Source of the DNA: Nitrospira sp.
Lineage (GTDB): Bacteria; Nitrospirota; Nitrospiria; Nitrospirales; Nitrospiraceae
Length of the DNA: 64,000 bases
Direction of reading: 5' to 3'
NCBI GenBank assembly: GCA_047150005.1
Contig: AP038806.1
Span: 1,248,001 to 1,312,000 of the forward strand
This document shows, piece after piece, positions 31,686-40,472 of the stretch. Under the pieces are notes generated by a model that had not been told where the DNA came from, made no database searches, and saw only the letters and a program-made list of their open reading frames with translations. The position numbers were made by a program, and so were the translations under genes. Numbering within the stretch: position 1 is the first letter of the stretch; every line of letters starts with the position of its first letter.

Positions 31686-32775
31686 GGCTCTGTCCTTCCT
31701 GGCCTTCGGCAGGTGCGGCGTTCAGCGCGTCCAGCTTGTCGGCGATCAACCCGGCATTGTACGCCACCAGACCGTCACGATCCGTCCGCAGTCGATCGAA
31801 GAGCTCCTTCTGAGGCCGCAAGACTTCGACGTCTTTGATTTTCGCGAGCGCCTCCATCGCATAGACGCGCAGAGGCCTGATCGGAATGGCTTCCAGATAC
31901 AGGGCCGTGGGACGGGCGTCACCGATGAGCCCGAGGGCCTTGATGGCCAGCTCTTTCACGCCCGTATCCTTGTCGTGCTGGAGCCGCCGCATCAGGGGCT
32001 CGACCGCCCGCACGTCCGCGATCTTTCCGAGCAAATCCGCCGCGGCTTCGCGCACCAGCCAATCCTCATCTTCGAGGTATTCAATCAGGATCTCCACCGC
32101 CGGCCGGCCGATGCCGAGCAGGTCCACCACCGTCGCCATCCGAGCCTCCTCCCGCTCGCTGGCGCCCTCAACGTTCCGCAAAGCGTTGAACGTCTCGTCG
32201 ATCCGCTCCCGGATGGCGCCAAGTTTCCTCAGCGTCCCGGCCGCGATGTCGCGGACTGCCGGCTGGCCCATTGCGTCAATGAACGCATCGACGGATCGAG
32301 GATCCAGCAAGTGATCCAGCATCAACGCAGCGGTCACCTGTGCTTCGGGATCCGGATGTTTCATCATCTGGCACAGGGGCACGACGGCAGTCGGAATCGC
32401 TCCGATCAGATGGGTGACGAGGCGCTTGGTTTCTCCTCCCTCGGTTTTGGGAAGCAGCGCAACCAACGCGGCCGCGGTCTCCGTATCGAGCACGCCGGCC
32501 ATCTGTTCCAGCGCCGTGGCGCCCGACTTTCGCACGGCTTCCTCCCCGTCTTCCAGCAAGCTGACCAATGCCACACCGGCATGCGGGTCCTTGATCCGGG
32601 CCAACATCGCCGCGGCCTCCTGTTTCAACGCGGGAGGTCCAGAATGTAGGGCTTCGATGAGGGCCTGTACCGCCTTCGGGCCTCCCGCCAAGCAAGCCGC
32701 CGTCGCCCGCATGCGCCGCCAATCTTCCTCGTGGATCAGTTCGGCGACGAGCGTTTCAATACTTTCCTTCGACAT
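31678..32775 (-). CDS. HEAT/PBS-lyase repeat protein
   Basis: EEDWRRMRA, DEDWLVREAAADLLGKIADVRAVEPL; start at MSKESIE. Confidence 0.88.
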   Translation of the reverse strand: MSKESIETLVAELIHEEDWRRMRATAACLAGGPKAVQALIEALHSGPPALKQEAAAMLARIKDPHAGVALVSLLEDGEEAVRKSGATALEQMAGVLDTETAAALVALLPKTEGGETKRLVTHLIGAIPTAVVPLCQMMKHPDPEAQVTAALMLDHLLDPRSVDAFIDAMGQPAVRDIAAGTLRKLGAIRERIDETFNALRNVEGASEREEARMATVVDLLGIGRPAVEILIEYLEDEDWLVREAAADLLGKIADVRAVEPLMRRLQHDKDTGVKELAIKALGLIGDARPTALYLEAIPIRPLRVYAMEALAKIKDVEVLRPQKELFDRLRTDRDGLVAYNAGLIADKLDALNAAPAEGQEGQSHD

Positions 32776-32846
32776 ATCGAACCACGGCTCTCGGCGGACA
32801 GGTGCGTCCCTTCTCCGCGCATCCCCGCACGGACTTGACCATGTCG

Positions 32847-33929
32847 TTACACGCGACCTGGTCGCCACCCAACCTTCGTCAAGGTTTCGTTCACGTGAAA
32901 GCGGAGATTGTCATCCGTCTCCTGCGACAGGAACGTCAGCAACGGAGCGATGACCTTGGTTCCGAAGCAAGCCAATGAGCCGGCGGCCTCTGCTCTCGTC
33001 ATCGTGTGGCGCAAGGCCTTGATCAGTGAGGGAATGGCGGCATCGTTCCCCAGAGCACCGAGCGCCCGCGCAGCGGCTCCCATCGTCACCATTTCCTCGT
33101 TCCAGTTGTCTCCGCACCCGGCGATGACGCGTGATTCTGCCGGCTGATCGGCGCCTTCCAGCACTTTGATCAGCACCGGCACCGCGCGCGGATCTCGGAT
33201 CCGACCCAGAGCTTCCACGGCCAGCAGGCGCAGCCCCGGTTCTTTTATGACCATCATCAGGAATTCGACCGCTCGACCGTCTCCGATCTGACCCAGAGCC
33301 CGTACGATATCTTCCCGAACTGCAGCATCGCGATCGTTGAACAGTGCCGACAACAACGGCTCGACCGCCGCCGGCGACTTCATTTTCCCCAGGGCTTCCA
33401 CCGCATGGAGGCGGACCAGCCAATCGGCATCTGCCAGTGCCGCGAGCAGTGAAGGGATGGCCGCATCCCCGATGGCGACCAGCGCCGACGTCGTTTCTTC
33501 GCGAACCGCCTTCACCTTGTCCTGCAGCAGCGGGATCAACCGTTCTATGGCTTCCGGATTCTTAATGCGGCCCACCGCCTTGGCGGCATGCATCCGAATG
33601 ATCCAATCCTTGTTGCCGAGAGCGGCCAAGAGCGGAGTGAGGACCCGCTCATCGGCGATGGAGGCCAGCACGGCGGCCGCAGCTTCCTGGACCGCCAGAT
33701 GGGGATCCGAAAGACAGAGTCCGAGAGCCGACACTGAGGGCGCCCCGATGGCCGTCAAGGCAGCGATCGCCGCCTCGCGCACCGCGCGATCCGAATCCCG
33801 CAACATCGACACCAACGGTACCACGGCGCGTGGGTCTCGAAGCGTCCCCAGCATCGAGGCGGCTTCCTCGCGAATAGCCCAATCCTCGTCTTTGAGCGCC
33901 GCGATCTGCTCCGCAACCGCATCAGCCAT
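32847..33929 (-). CDS. HEAT/PBS-lyase repeat protein
   Basis: DEDWAIREEAA, DPRAVVPL, VRLHAVEALG repeats. Confidence 0.9.
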   Translation of the reverse strand: MADAVAEQIAALKDEDWAIREEAASMLGTLRDPRAVVPLVSMLRDSDRAVREAAIAALTAIGAPSVSALGLCLSDPHLAVQEAAAAVLASIADERVLTPLLAALGNKDWIIRMHAAKAVGRIKNPEAIERLIPLLQDKVKAVREETTSALVAIGDAAIPSLLAALADADWLVRLHAVEALGKMKSPAAVEPLLSALFNDRDAAVREDIVRALGQIGDGRAVEFLMMVIKEPGLRLLAVEALGRIRDPRAVPVLIKVLEGADQPAESRVIAGCGDNWNEEMVTMGAAARALGALGNDAAIPSLIKALRHTMTRAEAAGSLACFGTKVIAPLLTFLSQETDDNLRFHVNETLTKVGWRPGRV

Positions 33930-34057
33930 GATCGTTCCTATTGCGAATCAGTGAGCGTAACACAGCCATTTTGACAGGGTCAACGGAACCAGACGCCGAA
34001 CAGATTGACTCCGAGAATCGCGCCCCGATAACATCGTTCGTCCGGGTATCTGCACGA

Positions 34058-34079
34058 TCATGACCATTTCATGACCATT
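34058..34079. repeat. Tandem 11-bp direct repeat (TCATGACCATT)x2 in a divergent promoter region
   Basis: Seen directly at 34058-34068 and 34069-34079. Confidence 0.7.
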
Positions 34080-34099
34080 TGCTCTGACAGGAGGCTCCT

Positions 34100-35350
34100 A
34101 TGGATCTCCATCGCTTGCCAATGCCGAGATACGGGCTGCGCACCTTCGTGCTGTTCTGTCTGATCAGCGGAACCGGTATCAGGTCTGCCAACGGCTACGA
34201 GGTCTGGTTGACCGATCAATCGGACACCGGAAAGGAGAGCGGAGGATTTCTCTACATCTATGACGGCGCACAGTTAGCGGCCAATCCGTCCGCCGCCCAA
34301 CCGGCCCATACGATCGACTTTGCCGGAGATATCGGGAAGTTTTGCGAGGAGGCCACCAAAAAGCCCGTCCGGCGCCCGCATATGTTGTTCTTTAACGAGA
34401 AGCAGGACCATGTGCTGATCTCGTTCCTGAGCGGCCAGGTTCTGATCATGGACGCCGTCACGAAAAAACCGGAAGCCTGTCTGTCGATGGGGAAGAACGT
34501 CCACGCGGCCTGGCCGACTCCGAACGACAAGATGGCCATTGCCGCCAACATCGCCGAGAAGAAATTCATTCGAATCTGGACGGATTATGCGGCGCACAAG
34601 TTCAGCTTCGACCCAGACAAGGACGTGCTCAATCTAGGCGGGTTGGAAAGCGGCGAACGGCCGGATACGGCTCCTATTTGCCCGATTACCGAGTCCTCCA
34701 GCAAATACGCTTTCGTTACGTTGAGGGGAGGAGGGCTGATCGTCGTAGACGTCACCACTACCCCAATGACGGTCGTCGCAACGCTCGACAACAACCAGGT
34801 GCATCCGGCCGGTTGCGGAGGGATCGAAGCGGACGGGACGATGTATATCAATTCAGGAGGCGGCTGGCCGATTGCTCCCCTCTCGTATGACGTCTACGCC
34901 CTCGACACGACGAATCTGCCGAAGTCCGTTTCGGCGAAACTCTTGTCGCAGCGTGACAATCGATTTGCCGATTCCCACGGGATGGCGGCCGTCGGGCGCT
35001 ACGTCTGGAGCGCGGATCGGGCAGGCAACAACATTGAGATCATCGACACGCTCAGCAATTTGAGTGTCGGCTCGGTCGATCTGGTCTCCGACGCCAACAG
35101 CGACCCGGCTCCGGATCTGATGGATGTCGCTCCGGACAAACAATACGTCTTTGTGGGATTGCGGGGCCCCACTCCGTTGACCGGGAACGACAAGACCGCC
35201 AACAACGCCAAGGGAACGATTCCCGGCGTCGGGGTGATCCATGTCGATGCGGGAGGAAAGGTCGGTCACTACAAGGGGCAAGCTGCCATCACGAACATGA
35301 AGGACGGAAAGGAAACGGCCGACACACACGGCATCGCCGTGAGACGCTAG
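34100..35350 (+). CDS. Secreted YncE-like beta-propeller protein
   Basis: Signal peptide; blade-like motifs (EVWLTDQ, YAFVTLRGGGLIVVD, YVWSADRAGNNIEIID, YVFVGLRG); GGAGG RBS. Confidence 0.75.
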   Translation: MDLHRLPMPRYGLRTFVLFCLISGTGIRSANGYEVWLTDQSDTGKESGGFLYIYDGAQLAANPSAAQPAHTIDFAGDIGKFCEEATKKPVRRPHMLFFNEKQDHVLISFLSGQVLIMDAVTKKPEACLSMGKNVHAAWPTPNDKMAIAANIAEKKFIRIWTDYAAHKFSFDPDKDVLNLGGLESGERPDTAPICPITESSSKYAFVTLRGGGLIVVDVTTTPMTVVATLDNNQVHPAGCGGIEADGTMYINSGGGWPIAPLSYDVYALDTTNLPKSVSAKLLSQRDNRFADSHGMAAVGRYVWSADRAGNNIEIIDTLSNLSVGSVDLVSDANSDPAPDLMDVAPDKQYVFVGLRGPTPLTGNDKTANNAKGTIPGVGVIHVDAGGKVGHYKGQAAITNMKDGKETADTHGIAVRR

Positions 35351-35458
35351 CATCACGCTCGTATGGTCGGAGGTCCGAAGACGACCACCCGGCGTGATGG
35401 CGGGGACACGAAAGCGTGTGACGTCCGCGCAATTTCGCCATGTGGGCGGGAGCAGAAT

Positions 35459-36826
35459 TCAGCTGCTGCCTTTGGCGAAATCTCCCGACGGCCCGAACCT
35501 GCCGCCGGCCCCAAGCGGGAGATCGACCCGCGCATTGTCTACGTTGCTGGAATCGACCGCCGAATCTTCCTGAGGCAAGGTCCACCCGAGCTTCTCCAGC
35601 GTCTCCATCACCAGTTGCCGCAACGCATCTTTGGCGCTGAGACGGACCGACGCATAGGACAGGACTCGCTCGCCTTCCGACGCGACCTCGGACGCCTTCG
35701 GGTCGTACAAGAAGGCGATCAAGGGTTCGATGGCGGTGTCGCCGATCGCGGCCAATGCCGCGCTGGCCTTCTCGCGCAACACGCCGTCCTTCAGCAACAT
35801 GATCAAATCGGGGATGACCCGGGGATCGCGAAACTGTCCCAATGCCGTGGCGGCTGCTTCCTTGATGAACGCGTCCTCGCTGACGATGCACCCGGGAGTC
35901 GGCGTGCCGTCCTGCCGAATCCCCTTTCCTTTCAGCGCGTCGAGCACAGGAGGGAGGGCTCGCGGGTCGCCGATCATGCCGAGCGACGCGATCGCATGCC
36001 GTTTGACCGCACCATCCTTCATCGCCTCGATCAGCGCCTCGATCGCGCGAGGATCGCCGATCATGCCGAGCGCGATGGTCGCATCCTCGCGCACGGCGCG
36101 GTCCGGATCCTTGAGGGCAGCGATGAGGGCCTCGACGACCTTGGGTTCCCTCACCCAGGTCCTGCCGATTTGGTAGTCGGTCGTCATGCCCCCCAAGGCG
36201 CGCGCTGCATGGCAGCGGACGACAAAATCCTTATCGGCAAAACATGCAATGAGCGGATCCACGGACGGCGGCCCGATATAGACGAGCGCGGTCCCCGCTG
36301 TCTCTCGGACGATCTTGGACGTGTCGCGGAACAGCTTGATCAGGGCGGGGACGGCTTTCGGGTCGCCGATCTTTCCCAGAGCCTCCGCTGCGGCGCTCTT
36401 CACGGCTCCGTCGCGGTCACGGCAGGCGACCATTAAGGCGTCGACGGCCCTGGGATCCCGAATTTCACCGCAAGTCTTGGCTGCATGCTCTCGGACACGC
36501 CACCGCTCGTCCTTCAACCCCGCAAGCATCCGATCCAGCACGGCGGCTCCCATGCGGGCGGCCGATTCCACGGCTTGGTTGCGAACTTCCATGATCGGAT
36601 CGTCGAACAGAGCCACCAGCGCCTCGAAGACCTTTTGACCGCCGAGCTTCGCAATCCCGCAGGCAGCGTGGGCGCGAACGGACCAGTATTCGTCCCTGCA
36701 GGCGCCGATCAGCGCCTCCAAGCCTTTGGGATCGGCCAACTCCGCCAAGGCCTTCGCCGCTTCCTCGCGCGTGGCGTCGTCCACGTCCTCGAGCGCATCC
36801 AACAGTAGTTCCAATGTCTGAGCCAT
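35459..36826 (-). CDS. HEAT/PBS-lyase repeat protein
   Basis: Many DPRA(V/I)..L and ALG.IGD repeats; start at MAQTLE. Confidence 0.9.
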   Translation of the reverse strand: MAQTLELLLDALEDVDDATREEAAKALAELADPKGLEALIGACRDEYWSVRAHAACGIAKLGGQKVFEALVALFDDPIMEVRNQAVESAARMGAAVLDRMLAGLKDERWRVREHAAKTCGEIRDPRAVDALMVACRDRDGAVKSAAAEALGKIGDPKAVPALIKLFRDTSKIVRETAGTALVYIGPPSVDPLIACFADKDFVVRCHAARALGGMTTDYQIGRTWVREPKVVEALIAALKDPDRAVREDATIALGMIGDPRAIEALIEAMKDGAVKRHAIASLGMIGDPRALPPVLDALKGKGIRQDGTPTPGCIVSEDAFIKEAAATALGQFRDPRVIPDLIMLLKDGVLREKASAALAAIGDTAIEPLIAFLYDPKASEVASEGERVLSYASVRLSAKDALRQLVMETLEKLGWTLPQEDSAVDSSNVDNARVDLPLGAGGRFGPSGDFAKGSS

Positions 36827-36940
36827 GACGATTCCTTTATCCCACGGGTGTGGAAGGTGGTTCGCTCCGCATGAGCCCGCTAGGTCGTCGCGCAATCATG
36901 ATGGACGGCAAGGTCCGACGCCTGATCATCCCGTTCCGCC

Positions 36941-37348
36941 TCAGTACTTGTAATCGGGCTCTCCCCCGTGCGGATACGTCCGTTTACAGCGTACATGCAA
37001 TGTTTGCGTGCCCCGCCCGCCCACACACTGGTCCAGGGATGCCGCGAACTCGATCTTCCCTTCCAGATTGACCGAGAACGGAAAATCAAACGTAAAACTC
37101 ACGAACTTATACTTGCCCGGCTTCAGCGCCAGCGTACGCTTGTCCGTCGTCTTGTACGCGTCCATCGATTCCGGATCCGAATTGTAGATCGACGGCGTGA
37201 CGCCGGGGACCTGCCACCAGGACGGAGGATCCAACACGGTTGCGTCGATCGTGATCGGATGCTCGGTCGTATACGCTGCCGGCGGCCCGGCCTCTGCCGC
37301 GGCACACCACAGCAGCACACCTCCCGCCAGGCTCGAGAGCCACCCCAT
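36941..37348 (-). CDS. Small exported hypothetical protein
   Basis: Signal peptide MGWLSSLAGGVLLWCAAAEA; two Cys in the mature part; start uncertain. Confidence 0.65.
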   Translation of the reverse strand: MGWLSSLAGGVLLWCAAAEAGPPAAYTTEHPITIDATVLDPPSWWQVPGVTPSIYNSDPESMDAYKTTDKRTLALKPGKYKFVSFTFDFPFSVNLEGKIEFAASLDQCVGGRGTQTLHVRCKRTYPHGGEPDYKY

Positions 37349-37394
37349 GCCGAGACCACACTTCGCGCTGATATTCGCGGGGCACGTCATCGTG

Positions 37395-38408
37395 TTACTG
37401 AGGTACGCTCGAATTCGGCTCGGCCGGGACGAAGGCATACTGGAAAATTTCTTCTACCGAGCGGCTCTCCCATTCCGTATGAGTTTGCAACCCCAGGCTG
37501 CGCATCACCGTCGCCCCGGTATCGATGATCGACACGGGCTGATGAATGGCATGCCCCTGCTTGATGCCGACTCCGGAGGCGATCCAGGGGACGATCGGCG
37601 TCACGCCGTCCGCTTCTTTCTGACTCGCGTCCCTGCCTTCCTCGCTCAACGACGTGACGAATATGGTCGTGCGCTTCAAGAGCCCCTGCTCCTTGTACAG
37701 GTCGAGAACGGAGGCCATCGCTTTGTCTACCGTCCGCAGCGCTTCGCGATATTCCTTCGATTCCCAGCCGCGGGCCGCGCCGACCCGACCGGCTTCCGGA
37801 AGATGCACGACCAAGAAATGCGGCAGCGACAGGATCGCATGGCCGTATCCATGGCCGCTGGTCGCCTTCTTGAAATACTGCTTGATATAGGACACCACTC
37901 GATCCGGATTACACTCCGGCTTCAGCGGTCCGCACATCTGATAGTCGGTATACGGCTCCGGCCTGGCGAGCTGATAGAGGGCCTCGTCCATGAAAAAGAT
38001 CGCGCTGTCGCGGCCGCCGCTCAGGTCAAGATAGTCGAAGACGCTGGGAGCCCGCGGATAACCGCGGCTGAACTCAAAGACATTCCATGTAATGCCGTGC
38101 TTTTCGACGGGCATGCCGGTGATCAACGACGCCATGGTCGGCAGACGCAGCGCTGGCTTGACCGAGGTGGCAGACCATGTCACCGAGCCTTCCTTGACCA
38201 GGCGGTTCAGGGTCGGCATCGTGCCGCCGGTGAGCGAATGGTGACTGAACCCTTCCAACACGAACAGGATCACGTGTTCGGTGAGAGGGGCGGGCGGAGG
38301 CGTCCCGGGCACCGGGGATGCTCCTGACGGCTTTGAGGTCGCGGAAGCCGTTTCAAGAACGAACAGTGCCAGAGCGACACCGATCAAGAGGATTTTCGAG
38401 TAGGACAT
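37395..38408 (-). CDS. Exported alkaline phosphatase / nucleotide pyrophosphatase superfamily protein with degenerate active site
   Basis: HVILFVLEG, MPTLNRLVKEG, SLITG.PVEKHGI, VPWIASGVGIK, VSIIDTGAT. Confidence 0.8.
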   Translation of the reverse strand: MSYSKILLIGVALALFVLETASATSKPSGASPVPGTPPPAPLTEHVILFVLEGFSHHSLTGGTMPTLNRLVKEGSVTWSATSVKPALRLPTMASLITGMPVEKHGITWNVFEFSRGYPRAPSVFDYLDLSGGRDSAIFFMDEALYQLARPEPYTDYQMCGPLKPECNPDRVVSYIKQYFKKATSGHGYGHAILSLPHFLVVHLPEAGRVGAARGWESKEYREALRTVDKAMASVLDLYKEQGLLKRTTIFVTSLSEEGRDASQKEADGVTPIVPWIASGVGIKQGHAIHQPVSIIDTGATVMRSLGLQTHTEWESRSVEEIFQYAFVPAEPNSSVPQ

Positions 38409-38614
38409 GATGAGAGTTTCGCCTCCTGAGATTCAAAAAGGAAAATGGTACCTTAGCACGCGAATTTTCAGGAAGGCAAGCCGGCGAGGCGGGCGCCGGG
38501 ATCCCTGCGGCACGGCTTTCCTAACGGCCTTCCGGGTGTTATGCTCAACCCGTTCGGAGCCTTCTGACGCTTCCTCTGCCGTGAAGCCCCAGTCTGGGTG
38601 ATCGAGGTGACGCC

Positions 38615-39868
38615 ATGACCGCTCGCCCAACGCGTTGGCCCCCTCGGCTTTCCCTCTTCATGTTCCCTGTTCTTGCCTTCCCGATCATCATGCCCCCTTC
38701 GGCGTCGGCCGAAATCCGACTGGCCGTTTCACAAGGGGAACATCGGATGGGAGACCGGGACACCAGGGAAGCATCGGTCCGGCTGGCAACCGAAGCCGCC
38801 AAGCGAGATGCGTTGGAACAAGTCGCAACGTATCTGGAAAGCGTCACCGTGGTAGAGGACATGACCATCACCCGTGATGAGATCAGAACCTACACGGCCG
38901 GACTGGTCGTGGTCCTCGATCAGCAGACGAGTCTGGCGCTCGACGGCGACACCGTGGTGGTCAGCGTGGGTCTCACCGCCCAGATTGATACGGAAGAAGT
39001 GGCCCTGGCCCTCATGGCGCTCCGTGAACACGCGGATGCCCGGCATCAGCTCGATGCACTCCGACTCGAGAACGACGGTCTCCATCGGGATTTGGTCGAG
39101 ATCAATCAGATGCTGGCGCAGTCTTCGTCCATCGATCAAGCTCAACAGATCAGCCGGCAGCGACAGGACATCCTGAACCGCGCGCAATCGAATGCGCTGG
39201 TCTCACAAGCATGGACTGACTGGGTGCTGATCGGGCCGGCGGCGTACCCTGCCGGATGGGGCGGCGGCACCGGAGGATCGCACACCCTCGCTCTCTTAAA
39301 TGCCGCGCGGGTGCTGTCCCCCGAGAGCCCACATGTTCAGCGGGCGCAGGGGATGATCACCGTCGTCCAGCCGGCCGGCGTGCCTGCGCCGCCGATTGTC
39401 TCGCGCCAAATCGCCGCCACTTCGGCACAGAGCCCGCCGGTCCCACGGATGCTCAACGAGATCACTCGCGCCGCACCGACCGTCGGCTCGCTCGCCGCCG
39501 GGTCTCCCGAATCCATCCAAGGCCACCGGGGTTTCCCCCTGCCCACCTCCAGGACGTTCACCGGCATCCGTCCGCTCAACCCGCTCGTGCCAGGTCCGGA
39601 GGACCGGTCTGCTGGCGTGGCGCCTCGAGGGACACCATCGGCTTCTCGGTCTGTTCACGTCCTTCAGCAATTCTTGCAACCTCCGCCGACGATCTTCGGA
39701 TTCCCTTCTCTGTCAAAACCGTCTGCCGAACGATTTCCTCCGGTCCTCAATAGGACGGCCCCCCGTACACAACAGATCCCGCGGATCGAATCACGGCCAG
39801 TCGCCGGAGGAGGGCGAGGTACTGGACGCGCCGCTCCGGCAGCTCGAAGCGGCGGGAACGGGAGGTAA
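38615..39868 (+). CDS. Exported hypothetical protein (LPP20/FlgT-N-like start, coiled coil, Pro/Arg-rich tail)
   Basis: Signal peptide; ATEAAKRDALEQVATYLES; low-complexity C-terminus. Confidence 0.65.
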   Translation: MTARPTRWPPRLSLFMFPVLAFPIIMPPSASAEIRLAVSQGEHRMGDRDTREASVRLATEAAKRDALEQVATYLESVTVVEDMTITRDEIRTYTAGLVVVLDQQTSLALDGDTVVVSVGLTAQIDTEEVALALMALREHADARHQLDALRLENDGLHRDLVEINQMLAQSSSIDQAQQISRQRQDILNRAQSNALVSQAWTDWVLIGPAAYPAGWGGGTGGSHTLALLNAARVLSPESPHVQRAQGMITVVQPAGVPAPPIVSRQIAATSAQSPPVPRMLNEITRAAPTVGSLAAGSPESIQGHRGFPLPTSRTFTGIRPLNPLVPGPEDRSAGVAPRGTPSASRSVHVLQQFLQPPPTIFGFPSLSKPSAERFPPVLNRTAPRTQQIPRIESRPVAGGGRGTGRAAPAARSGGNGR

Positions 39869-39875
39869 GGCGGCG

Positions 39876-40412
39876 ATGGGAAACAGGCCGGTCTGCCTGG
39901 TCGGCATCTTCAGCCTCGTGGCCTGGGCCTTCTTCCTATGGTCGGTAGAAGCTGGTGCGCTCGATCAGGACGACGTCCGGTCCCATGCCGAGCAATCGCT
40001 CAGTCGCCTCCCGCCGCCGACCAGCCCGGCTCCGTCACGCCGCAACCAGGAGGCCACGTACCCTCCGGACCAGTACCTGATCGGCACCGGTCAAGGCGAC
40101 ATGGCCAAGGGAGCGAGCGTTTGCCGGCGAGTTTCGGAACTGTCGGCGCGGACTGAAATTGCCAAACAGATCCGTATCCTGGTAAAGGAACACATGGTGG
40201 ACCGGTTGCGAGAACGGAACGGCCATGAGGCCGATCAAGACATCGAGCTCACTCGCGAGGAAATCGTACAGGAATATCTTCAAGGCGTGATGATCGTTGA
40301 CCGGCAGATCGACGAGGCCTCCCACACCTGCTCCGCCACCGCCGTCATGTCGAAAAAATATCTGCAGGCCACTCCGACGCATCCCGAGTCCTCGCCGGCC
40401 CTCTCCCGCTGA
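39876..40412 (+). CDS. Exported LPP20-like protein
   Basis: GGAGG RBS; signal peptide; YPPDQYLIGTG...ELSARTEIAKQI. Confidence 0.65.
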   Translation: MGNRPVCLVGIFSLVAWAFFLWSVEAGALDQDDVRSHAEQSLSRLPPPTSPAPSRRNQEATYPPDQYLIGTGQGDMAKGASVCRRVSELSARTEIAKQIRILVKEHMVDRLRERNGHEADQDIELTREEIVQEYLQGVMIVDRQIDEASHTCSATAVMSKKYLQATPTHPESSPALSR

Positions 40413-40472
40413 AGGACATCAGCAGCTTCGGCACGTTGCACTCCGGTCTCCTCTTCGGGTAGATAGCTGCCC

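Noticed and set aside
30840..36436. Plus-strand ORFs 30840..31838, 31171..32649 and 35363..36436
   Set aside because: Antisense shadows of the HEAT repeat genes
30134..36826. HEAT genes plus propeller gene as a membrane-coat-like system
   Set aside because: The propeller is a separate, oppositely oriented, apparently exported protein; coat-like proteins fuse both domains in one cytoplasmic chain
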